Source of the DNA: a virus
Lineage: Duplodnaviria > Heunggongvirae > Uroviricota > Caudoviricetes
DNA: 39,067 nucleotides
Reading direction: 5' to 3' (one strand)
Virus record (IMG/VR): IMGVR_UViG_2703718794_000007
The notes under the pieces were generated by a model. The model saw nothing but the letters and a program-made list of their open reading frames with translations. It was not told the origin of the DNA and did not search any database. Of this stretch, positions 1-8,229 are shown one piece after another (within the stretch, counting starts at the first letter, position 1; the number at the start of each line of letters is the position of its first letter). Position numbers and translations under genes: made by a program.

Positions 1-996
1 TTAACGAACCAGCCAGACCAGCATCAGGATAATCGCGACTAACAGTATCCACAGCGCGGGACGCGTTGCCATATTTTGCAACGTGTCCATCATCGGTGGA
101 AAAGGATTAAGCAGCGGTTGCATAACACGCGGATCAATCCCTTTAACCCGCCGTTGATAAAGCTGATTAAGAATATCCTCGGCCTGGGCAGAAGAAAGCG
201 ATGATTGCGCAGAAAGACCATATTTTTGCTGGATATATGCCGATAACGCCGCCAGTTCACTGGCATCTAAAGGTTGTTTTAGCGTCATCTGTAGTGATTC
301 CAGCGTCGGCGTATTTTGCTGGCTTAGCGTCTGACGCGCCTGTAGCCAGGTCACCAGATGGTTAAACAGTTTCGCTGGAATTAACTCGCCATCTTTCACC
401 CCGGAAAGTTCCAGCATCGATTGCCAGATCTGTTTGCTGGGTTCCCCCGTTGCCGCCGCAAGTTTGGTCACCAGCTGTTTTAGCGCATTGTGCTCCGCCG
501 GTAATAAAGGACGGTCGGTCGCCTCGCGCTGCTGTGGTTGCGGAATAACCATCTTCCCTTCCTGCAACAGGGTGAGAATGGTTTTTAATTGCTCCGGTGA
601 GAGCTGATTCAGCGGCGTCTGACCAAAGTTATGACGGATATAATCCGTGACCGCCTGACGATTATTCCCCAGACGTAAATACTCCCCTAATTGCGCTAAA
701 AGCTGGCGGGCAGAATGGCTTTTTTGCGCGGCCAGCAGACGTTGCGCCAGATTATGCTCAGCGGCAGGGAAGTGACGCGAAAGCAGCGGTGAATCTCCCG
801 ACAGACCAATATCGTGCCTGATACCCGCCCACAGTTCTGCTCTTTGCTGTTGCGTCAGTGAGGTCACTTTCGTCATTAAGCTTTCCAGCGAAGTACGTTG
901 CTGACTGGATAAAGGCTGATTGCCCGCGCCAGACGGCAGGTTATCTCCCTGACCTGGTGGTTGCCCAGGAGGAGGGCCGGAAATAGGTTGTATCAT
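1..996 (-). CDS. flk: Flagellar regulator Flk, complete, C-terminal membrane anchor
   Basis: 331-aa ORF; N-terminus MIQPISGPPPGQPPGQGDN and hydrophobic C-terminal tail match my memory of enterobacterial Flk; host-like GC. Confidence 0.8.
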   Translation of the reverse strand: MIQPISGPPPGQPPGQGDNLPSGAGNQPLSSQQRTSLESLMTKVTSLTQQQRAELWAGIRHDIGLSGDSPLLSRHFPAAEHNLAQRLLAAQKSHSARQLLAQLGEYLRLGNNRQAVTDYIRHNFGQTPLNQLSPEQLKTILTLLQEGKMVIPQPQQREATDRPLLPAEHNALKQLVTKLAAATGEPSKQIWQSMLELSGVKDGELIPAKLFNHLVTWLQARQTLSQQNTPTLESLQMTLKQPLDASELAALSAYIQQKYGLSAQSSLSSAQAEDILNQLYQRRVKGIDPRVMQPLLNPFPPMMDTLQNMATRPALWILLVAIILMLVWLVR

Positions 997-1192
997 TACG
1001 TATCCTTATACCTGAAATCTTCGCAAGTATGCCTGGCCGCGAGATTATGGCACACTTGTCCGGTTAACTCTCGTCTCATACAGGTAACACAAACGTGAAA
1101 ATCCTTGTTGATGAAAAAAATGATGATTTAATTTATTGATATAAAAGGATTTATATCAGCACGTGTCCACGTAGTGACCACATTTTCGAGTT

Positions 1193-1236
1193 ACAGATAA
1201 CACAAAGCCCGTTTTCACGGGCTTTGTGTTATCTGT
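1193..1236. repeat. Perfect 19-bp inverted repeat (arms 1193-1211 and 1218-1236, 6-nt loop); strong stem-loop, not a canonical intrinsic terminator
   Basis: ACAGATAACACAAAGCCCG / CGGGCTTTGTGTTATCTGT are exact reverse complements; no flanking T-run on either strand. Confidence 0.5.
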
Positions 1237-1263
1237 GATTGTGGCTAAGCCACATGATTTATG

Positions 1264-2157
1264 CTATTTCCAGTTACAAGCAGCTTGAAGTGGTTTTAGC
1301 GCGTTTGACAGGCCGTTTAAATTGAAAGTTGCACTTACAGGGCTCTCATTATAAGGAGTTATTTTTGTATACATTTTGTTTGAGTTGGCTAGTTTTCGGA
1401 TGAAATCAATGTCATTACCTTTATAAAAAACAGCCTTTGTATCTGTAGATACTAGCCAGTTTCGCTCAACTGCTTTCTGTTTATCAAGACGATAAAGCAT
1501 GCTGGTTTGTTCAAGGCCTAAATATACATCCCAACTAAGAAATACTTCGGTTTTCTTTTCTCGGCAAGCTATAAACAGAGTAGGAGTAACCGCTTCTCCA
1601 AATGGAGTTCTGATATAATCATCACTTTCTAACGATAAAATTACATTTTTCGAATCATCAATTGGCGATGTAGTAATGGATGTGTGCCATTTTCCTACAT
1701 CTGTGGCTTTCTCTAATTTTGATTCAGCTTGAACAGCTTTATCCTGTGGGAATAGTTTATCGTAGCAGTTTAGTCTGGCTTCTTTATCATTTTCTGCTCG
1801 GCATTTAGATATCTCAGAAAGATTTGGTTGCTGAGCCTCTGTTGTTACTGGCTTTTCCGTTTTAGATTTTGAGTTTACAGATGGAGTAAATGTTGGAGAA
1901 AAAAAACGATCATAACAAGATAAACGTCTGTCATCATCTTTCTCATCAGGGCATTGATCTCTGCTTTCGAATTTTTCAGCAACTTTCGTTCGAGTCGGTT
2001 GTATTGACTTATCGTAACAAGAAAGTCTGTCTTTATTATTTTCTATTGCTCGGCACTGGAGTACTGCATTGAAGTTATTATGTTCAGTTGCTGCGTGAAC
2101 AGGCAGTACACTAATTGATATAAATGATGCACCTATAGAAAAAATTATATTTTTCAT
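1264..2157 (-). CDS. Secreted hypothetical protein with three tandem Cys-pair repeats
   Basis: 297-aa ORF; N-terminal signal-peptide-like segment; motif C-x9-RL-(S/N)-CYD-(K/R) recurs three times about 40 aa apart; AT-rich. Confidence 0.6.
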   Translation of the reverse strand: MKNIIFSIGASFISISVLPVHAATEHNNFNAVLQCRAIENNKDRLSCYDKSIQPTRTKVAEKFESRDQCPDEKDDDRRLSCYDRFFSPTFTPSVNSKSKTEKPVTTEAQQPNLSEISKCRAENDKEARLNCYDKLFPQDKAVQAESKLEKATDVGKWHTSITTSPIDDSKNVILSLESDDYIRTPFGEAVTPTLFIACREKKTEVFLSWDVYLGLEQTSMLYRLDKQKAVERNWLVSTDTKAVFYKGNDIDFIRKLANSNKMYTKITPYNESPVSATFNLNGLSNALKPLQAACNWK

Positions 2158-2161
2158 TTTG

Positions 2162-2494
2162 TTATCCTTTTGGTTTAGTAAGAAACACTAAAATTCCGAT
2201 AATGATATCGCCAATAACCCATAAACTTCCAATGGTAATTAAACCTAAGCCTGTACCAATAACTGCACCGGCTTTTTCGGCATCGGATGTAGCATTATTT
2301 ATTATTTCACTAGTGCCTCCCAGTCCAACTAAAAGCGTATAGATCATAAAAATATTAAATAATATAAAAATCCACTTAATGAGCTTTCCAAAAAATGAAC
2401 GCTTAAGTTTTTTTATTTGTTTACCGCAAGCAGGGCAATACAATGCTGAATCGCTCACCTCTTTCTGGCATTCAGGACATTTGATTAATGCCAT
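2162..2494 (-). CDS. Zinc-ribbon membrane protein
   Basis: 110-aa ORF; N-terminal CPEC...CPAC zinc ribbon followed by two hydrophobic helices; 4 bp upstream of the Cys-repeat gene, likely one operon. Confidence 0.55.
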   Translation of the reverse strand: MALIKCPECQKEVSDSALYCPACGKQIKKLKRSFFGKLIKWIFILFNIFMIYTLLVGLGGTSEIINNATSDAEKAGAVIGTGLGLITIGSLWVIGDIIIGILVFLTKPKG

Positions 2495-2724
2495 GTAATC
2501 CGCCTCCTTTGGATCAATACGAGTTGATATTTGTTACAAAACATTTTGATTTTATCAGATTTTTTTTTATTGATAAGTGTCAATTGATTAGCTGGTATAG
2601 AGTGAGACATAAAGAAGGTCAGATCTGTATCAGTAGTGATGCAAAAATCCCACAGTTTCATGGAATTTTTGCATTTAGAGCCGTGAGATAGGGTGCCTTA
2701 TCGACCTTACCCTGGCAACCGATT

Positions 2725-2746
2725 GACGGGGGATTACTCCCCCGTC
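2725..2746 (-). other. GC-rich stem-loop at the 3' end of the hok-like transcript
   Basis: GACGGGGGA-TTAC-TCCCCCGTC, 9-bp stem, just downstream of the hok-like stop on the minus strand. Confidence 0.4.
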
Positions 2747-2755
2747 GCGGTTTCC

Positions 2756-2896
2756 TTACTGCTTACACTGTAAGAACGCCGCAAACTCCGCTCCCCAGAA
2801 ACTCATCCGTATTTCGCACAGCGAACCGTGCAACATCCAGATGATGAGGATTACCGTCACGCAGAACGTGATGGCTGTAAGCGATTTTTGCGACAT
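2756..2896 (-). CDS. Hok/Gef-family type I toxin-like small membrane protein (46 aa)
   Basis: Hand-translated ORF below the 60-aa track cutoff: MSQKSLTAITFCVTVILIIWMLHGSLCEIRMSFWGAEFAAFLQCKQ; SLCEIR and E-x-AAFL-x-CK motifs are Hok-family hallmarks; AAGGAG RBS upstream. Confidence 0.6.
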   Translation of the reverse strand: MSQKSLTAITFCVTVILIIWMLHGSLCEIRMSFWGAEFAAFLQCKQ

Positions 2897-3086
2897 AGCA
2901 CTTGCTCCTTTTCCGGAGAGGCGCTAACCTTTCACTTGCTTAGGGTAGACGGTTAGGGCCTCGGTTAAACAAAAGTGTTTTCCGGGGCCTTTCCACATCT
3001 GGCCTTCGGGTATTCCCTCCGACCATCAGCCGAAAGGCACCCGCGCGTAATCTATCGCTTTTTTGTTACTCCGGCAATTCTGCTTG

Positions 3087-3347
3087 TTAATTCTTAGGTA
3101 AAGGCAAACTCATCTGATTGTTTCCCCTGTGTGAAGCTGGTAGCTCATGCCACGGGATACCTTCTGAAGAGTGAACGCCGGAGGCGTGTTTCGATGTGAA
3201 TTTATGGAAAGCTTCCAGTGTTGAGAAGCATACGCCGCATTCCAGATTGTTACACTGGTAATACTTTTGCCGCACGGTGTTTGAATCATTTTCCGGACGA
3301 CTTGTGCGGATACGGGCAGATGCGCCACAAAGCGGACAACGGAACAT
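3087..3347 (-). CDS. ogr: Ogr/Delta-family zinc-finger late transcription activator
   Basis: 86 aa; MFRCPLCGASARIRTSR...YYQCNNLEC matches the P2 Ogr C-x2-C...C-x4-C pattern. Confidence 0.85.
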   Translation of the reverse strand: MFRCPLCGASARIRTSRPENDSNTVRQKYYQCNNLECGVCFSTLEAFHKFTSKHASGVHSSEGIPWHELPASHRGNNQMSLPLPKN

Positions 3348-3538
3348 AGCGACCTCCCTTAACGTGGTGTTGCCGCTATTCTAGATTGTACGATCCCTAA
3401 TTCCAACTAACAGCTCGCTCTGTGCGAAGAGTGAAAATTGAACTTTCAATAGTTGTTGAACTTCCATACATCCAATGTGAAAATTCATACGTTCATAATA
3501 GTTAAAATTTAAAATATTGTATATCAGGTGAATAAAGC

Positions 3539-4561
3539 ATGGGAAGAGATATAACGCTGTACCCTAAAAAAGCAACTAGAAACGAACTTAAAAATTACCT
3601 TGAAAATTTAGGTTTTAAAAGGTGTAAACATTTGTGGGAATGGCCCCAAGGAACGTTGAATTACTCTTGGTTTGATGATACGGACTTCAAATCTACAGAT
3701 GGAGTTTCGGCTGATATATATCCTGTTTCAAATGACGAACTACACATATCTGGTAATAAATGGGCATTGCATGTGCGTAATTTATATAGCGCTAGTTGGC
3801 ATGATGTAAAAATGCTTAATGATGTTCTAAAAGGCGCACGGAGTCTTTTTGGTGGAACACTTATAGGTGATTATGGGAAAAATAGGTACGCTCCTCTATG
3901 GAAGGATTCTAGTAGTCCGATCAGTCGTGGCATTTCTTCAATATTTAATCATGTCCATCATGAGATTTCCGCTGTTAAACATGCCTTACCTGAACCTTCT
4001 ATTAAATTAAACCTACCGGAAGATGGCGGCTTATTCGAATACTTTGATTACATGCAATGTATGGATCCCAGTAGAGTTATATATAATGGATTAGTACCTT
4101 TTGCGGTTGCTATGTTTGAATATTTTTTCTCTAGAGCTTTTCAAATACTTATAAAGTACGATCCTTTCGCAATAGCAAAAAGAACATCGTATAAGCAAAA
4201 AGTTGATTTTGATATTCTGCTTGAGATAGAGAAAGGAAATATTTCAATAGAAAGTGTTATTGCAAGAAATTACACTTTTCAAAACTTAACCCACCTAAAC
4301 AAAGCATATAAAGAGTGGCTGGATATAGATGTGAGAGCGATTCTTTATAAGAAAAAAAGAATTGGAAAATCAGTTGATTTTCTTGAGAATCGAATTTCTG
4401 AAATCATACAATATAGACATGGGATAGTTCATCACTTTGAGTTGGATAGGACCTTAAATCGGGATGGATATATTCATATATTAGATGCGATAGAAAAAAG
4501 CATAATTGAATTTATCCATTACATAGAAGGCAAATACAAATTTAAATTAAATGCGTATTAA
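3539..4561 (+). CDS. Hypothetical cargo protein; possible C-terminal HEPN-like Rx4H motif
   Basis: 340-aa ORF, AT-rich, opposite strand to the flanking ogr and D; C-terminal YRHGIVHH; no family recognised. Confidence 0.65.
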   Translation: MGRDITLYPKKATRNELKNYLENLGFKRCKHLWEWPQGTLNYSWFDDTDFKSTDGVSADIYPVSNDELHISGNKWALHVRNLYSASWHDVKMLNDVLKGARSLFGGTLIGDYGKNRYAPLWKDSSSPISRGISSIFNHVHHEISAVKHALPEPSIKLNLPEDGGLFEYFDYMQCMDPSRVIYNGLVPFAVAMFEYFFSRAFQILIKYDPFAIAKRTSYKQKVDFDILLEIEKGNISIESVIARNYTFQNLTHLNKAYKEWLDIDVRAILYKKKRIGKSVDFLENRISEIIQYRHGIVHHFELDRTLNRDGYIHILDAIEKSIIEFIHYIEGKYKFKLNAY

Positions 4562-4681
4562 GCAATCAACCTTACATAGGGATGACAAAGTCCGCTTCTG
4601 ACACGGAGCGGACCGTCGTTTATGTTTAATTCTATACTGTAAACTTGCCAGTTTAAGTCTGAGCTAATATGTCTAAGTTGC

Positions 4682-5791
4682 TCACTCTGTTTCTGCTATC
4701 CATTCCGGGATTTTTGCCTCAAGCTCAAGCTGTGTGGTAAAGCCGCTGTTATCAATGGTGTGCTCGGCTTTTGCAATAATCCAGTCCTGATTATCAATCT
4801 CGCTTTTAAAGCCTGTTACCGTGCCATGCATTTCGGGGTAGAGTTCTGCGCGTCCGCGTGCCAGCATGATGGAGAATGATGCGGCTCCGCGTTGTAGCTG
4901 CTGCCACTTTGCCGCCGCTGCGCGTCTTGCTGCCTGCTCGTTCTGATAAGTCTTGCGTAACACAAACACATTGCCTTCCGCGCCTTCCATATAATCACCT
5001 TCACGGCTGCTGCTTTTCTCCTTTTTGGGTTTTGGCGGTTTGCGGCGTTTCACGCTGACTTTTTTCTTTTTCCCGTAATTAAGATCAAGCCAGTAGGCGC
5101 GTACACCTGTATACGCCTCGCGGTCAGCAATGCGGAACTGATGGCGATCGCCACTGCTGCGTGTAATGGCGAACGAGGGCAACGGCTGGCCCTGTGCGTT
5201 CACGCCACCACCTGGCATGATGAATAACAGATTGCCGCTTTTTACCGTGGTGATTGCGCCCAGCATTTCCGCCATGCGCGTAAGGAAGGACATGTCGCTT
5301 TCTTCGGTCTGGTCGGCGTGGTCGATTTCGATATCCATCAGCATTTCGCTGATTTGCGGTTTCAGACCATACCGATGAGCGATGGCGGATACCACACGCT
5401 CAACGGTCACATCATGCCAGGACACTTCACGTTTAACGTTAAATTCATCCCGAAAATCTGCGCTTCTGGCTGAAACCGTCAGCCTGTCCGGCGCTCCTTC
5501 GTGAGCGATTTCATCAACAATGTAAGTGCCTTTTTCTGTCAGCGGTTCTCCTTTCCAGCCAATGAGAACCGTCAGGCGCGCGCCCCGTGGCGGTAGCTGC
5601 AACTGACCATCCGCATCATCCAGCGTGATGGTGAGCTGGTCCGCTTCAAATCCCCGGTTGTCGGTCAGTGACAGGCTCATCAGGCGCTCTGCCACGCCGG
5701 ACAGTGTTTCCCCCTCCGCGAGAATATCAAAATCCGGCATTTTCACGGGGTCTGTGCTCTGACTGAGCAATTGCATGGTGGTATCGGTCAT
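4682..5791 (-). CDS. D: Tail/late control protein D (gpD)
   Basis: ORF 4682-5923; start placed at the in-frame MTDTTMQLL methionine with a GGGAGGG RBS; gpD family by memory. Confidence 0.85.
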   Translation of the reverse strand: MTDTTMQLLSQSTDPVKMPDFDILAEGETLSGVAERLMSLSLTDNRGFEADQLTITLDDADGQLQLPPRGARLTVLIGWKGEPLTEKGTYIVDEIAHEGAPDRLTVSARSADFRDEFNVKREVSWHDVTVERVVSAIAHRYGLKPQISEMLMDIEIDHADQTEESDMSFLTRMAEMLGAITTVKSGNLLFIMPGGGVNAQGQPLPSFAITRSSGDRHQFRIADREAYTGVRAYWLDLNYGKKKKVSVKRRKPPKPKKEKSSSREGDYMEGAEGNVFVLRKTYQNEQAARRAAAAKWQQLQRGAASFSIMLARGRAELYPEMHGTVTGFKSEIDNQDWIIAKAEHTIDNSGFTTQLELEAKIPEWIAETE

Positions 5792-5948
5792 CTGTTCCCT
5801 CCCTGTGCGGCATGGTCGCATGTGCGTGCGTAGGGGGTTACTGCTTTTTGTTGTCGCCGTGGCGGGAGAACGGCGCAGGGGTGAGATTACGCGCGTGGTG
5901 GGTGATGATTGTTGCCGAATCATTTAACGGATACAAGGGGCTGAAGCT

Positions 5949-7133
5949 ATGAGTGAAACTCGTTTTCATGGTGCCCGTGTTACGGAAAATACCGACCTGG
6001 TAACAGCGATTAACGATGTTGATTCCAGCGTTATCGGTATCGTGGCAACGGCGGATGATGCGGACGCGAAGCTGTTCCCGCTGAACAAGCCCACACTGCT
6101 GACCCGCGTCAATGACGTGCTGGGAAAATGCGGAACAACGGGGACGCTTTATCGTGCGCTTAAGGCCATCGCAGACCAGGTGAGCACAAAGGTGATCGTC
6201 GTTCGCGTGGCTGAACACAAAGAAGAAGACGGTAAGACGCAGGATCAACTGGTTATCGGTGGTTCTGAGGATGACGGCAGCTATACGGGGATGTATGCGC
6301 TGCTTGTTGCAGAGCAGGATGAAAGCATCGGATACCGTCCGCGTATTCTGGCCGCGCCGGAGCTGGACACGGAGGCTGTAACAAAATCCCTGTGCGTGAT
6401 TGCGGGTAAACTGCGCGCGTTTGTGTATGCCTCATGTCATGGCTGTGACACGATGGCTGATGCGATTACCTACCGCCAGAAATTCAACGAACGTGAGGTG
6501 ATGCTCTTATGGCCGGACTTCATCGCCTACAACCCGAAAAGTGGCAAAAACGAAACGTTCCCCGCGCCTGCCTATGCGTGCGGCCTTCGTGCGTACATTG
6601 ACCATGAGCAGGGATGGCACAAATCACTCTCCAACGTTCCGGTTAAGAATGTGCTGGGGATGTCGAGGCATGTGTTCTGGTCGTTGCAGGCCGAAGACAG
6701 TGATGCCAACAGCCTCAACAACAAAGAAATCACGACCATTATTCGTCGCAACGGGTTCCGCTTCTGGGGCAACCGCACACCGGAAACGAACGCCTACATC
6801 TTTGAGGTGTATACCCGAACCGCACAGGTGCTGGCTGATTCAATTGCGGAAGCGCAGTTTGAAACCATCGATAGTCCACTGACGCCTGCGAACGTGAAGG
6901 ATGTTATCAGTGCCATCAGGGCAAAACTGGATTCACTGGTTACTGCCGGGAAACTGATTGGCGCGGAGTGCTGGTATGACATCGTGGATAACAGCACCAC
7001 GAATTTACGTCAGGGGCGTGTGCGTATTCGCTACAAATATACGCCCGTTCCTCCGCTGGAAGACATGGAGCTTTACCAGTCGTTTACTGATGAATTCTTT
7101 GGTCCCGCATTTGCGGTGCTGGGAGGTGCCTGA
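5949..7133 (+). CDS. FI: Tail sheath protein FI
   Basis: 394 aa; FPLNKP, GWHK and FRFWGNRT motifs shared with P2 gpFI. Confidence 0.9.
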   Translation: MSETRFHGARVTENTDLVTAINDVDSSVIGIVATADDADAKLFPLNKPTLLTRVNDVLGKCGTTGTLYRALKAIADQVSTKVIVVRVAEHKEEDGKTQDQLVIGGSEDDGSYTGMYALLVAEQDESIGYRPRILAAPELDTEAVTKSLCVIAGKLRAFVYASCHGCDTMADAITYRQKFNEREVMLLWPDFIAYNPKSGKNETFPAPAYACGLRAYIDHEQGWHKSLSNVPVKNVLGMSRHVFWSLQAEDSDANSLNNKEITTIIRRNGFRFWGNRTPETNAYIFEVYTRTAQVLADSIAEAQFETIDSPLTPANVKDVISAIRAKLDSLVTAGKLIGAECWYDIVDNSTTNLRQGRVRIRYKYTPVPPLEDMELYQSFTDEFFGPAFAVLGGA

Positions 7134-7645
7134 TGGCTGTACCAAAACATCTTCGCTTTTTTACGCTGTTTGTGGATGGTGAAAACGAAGTGGGTAAGGT
7201 GACGTCCGTCACCCTGCCTAAACTGACGCGCAAAACCGACAGCTACCGGGGTGGTGGCATGATGAGTGCGGTAAGTATTGATCTCGGCCTGGACGACTCC
7301 GCGCTTGATGCGAGCTTTGTCATGGGGGGCGCAGTTCGTGAGCTGTTCCTGAAGTATGGCGGCACGATTGACGGCACGCTACTGCGTTTTGCGGGTGAAT
7401 ACTACACCGATGCAGAAAGCGACCTGTATGAAGTCGAAATGCGCGGACGTGTGACGGAAATTGATATGGGGGAAGCCAAACAGGGCGAAGCCACATCACA
7501 CACTTATGCCATTAAAAACACCTACTACAAGCTGAGTGTTAACGATCGCCCGTTGTGGGAGATTGACCTGCTGAACTTCATTTACCGGAAGGACGGCAAG
7601 GACATTGTGCCCGATCGCATCCGTTCCGCGCTTGGGCTTGGCTGA
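7133..7645 (+). CDS. FII: Tail tube protein FII
   Basis: 170 aa directly after FI with ATGA overlap; P2 FII size and position. Confidence 0.85.
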   Translation: MAVPKHLRFFTLFVDGENEVGKVTSVTLPKLTRKTDSYRGGGMMSAVSIDLGLDDSALDASFVMGGAVRELFLKYGGTIDGTLLRFAGEYYTDAESDLYEVEMRGRVTEIDMGEAKQGEATSHTYAIKNTYYKLSVNDRPLWEIDLLNFIYRKDGKDIVPDRIRSALGLG

Positions 7646-7699
7646 TAAGTAATATGCAGGCGGCGCAGTGCGTCGCCTCTGACTGAAAGGAGTTTCCTG

Positions 7700-8065
7700 A
7701 TGAAAGAGACGAAAAACATCGATACCGAAAACACGGTAGTTACTGACACTGTGAAAGAAACCAGTGAGCGTGGCGTAAAACTTACCCAACCAATTGAGCG
7801 AAGCGGCGAAAAAATCACGTATGTGGAGATCACCGGGGCTATTGAGCAGGCTGGATCTCTGCGAGATTTGTCGCTGTCTGATGTGCTGAGTCTGAAAGCG
7901 GAATCCATGTTTACGCTGCTGTCACGCGTGACATCACCGCGACTGGATGAAGTGACGATCAAAAAAATGGCATCCCGTGACTTTATTCAGTTATGTGTGG
8001 TTGCCGTAAATTTTTTGAGCGGTGCGGACTCTGGCGGGAAGAACGAACAGGCGACGGAAGCCTGA
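7700..8065 (+). CDS. E: Tail assembly chaperone E
   Basis: 121-aa ORF between tube and tape-measure genes, with slippery site near its 3' end. Confidence 0.8.
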   Translation: MKETKNIDTENTVVTDTVKETSERGVKLTQPIERSGEKITYVEITGAIEQAGSLRDLSLSDVLSLKAESMFTLLSRVTSPRLDEVTIKKMASRDFIQLCVVAVNFLSGADSGGKNEQATEA

Positions 8066-8229
8066 TCACGGTTGTGTGCTTTGAGCACATAGAAGACTTT
8101 GTGGCAGATATTGCCGTTATTTTTAACTGGTCGCCCGCCGAAATCTTCATGATGACGCCCGGCGAAGTGGTTAGCTGGCGTGAGCGGGCGGCACTTCGCA
8201 GCGGGAATGCAGACAATGAAGACTCTTGA
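7700..8229 (+). CDS. E+E' product of a programmed -1 frameshift
   Basis: TTTTTTG at 8011-8017 (AAT TTT TTG in the E frame); the -1 frame continues as FFERCGLW... to a stop at 8227-8229; mirrors P2 E/E'. Confidence 0.6.
8011..8017 (+). promoter_or_regulatory. Slippery heptamer TTTTTTG for the E/E' frameshift
   Basis: Heptamer at the point where the E and E' frames overlap. Confidence 0.55.

Noticed and set aside
2488-2691. 67-aa plus-strand ORF in the AT-rich promoter region
   Set aside because: Lies in the upstream region of the zinc-ribbon gene with no RBS or recognisable features; probably spurious.
2690-3090. Possible tRNA or tmRNA integration target at the prophage right end
   Set aside because: No cloverleaf or tmRNA-like sequence seen by eye; the region instead contains the hok-like ORF. 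Needs a proper tRNA scan to exclude.
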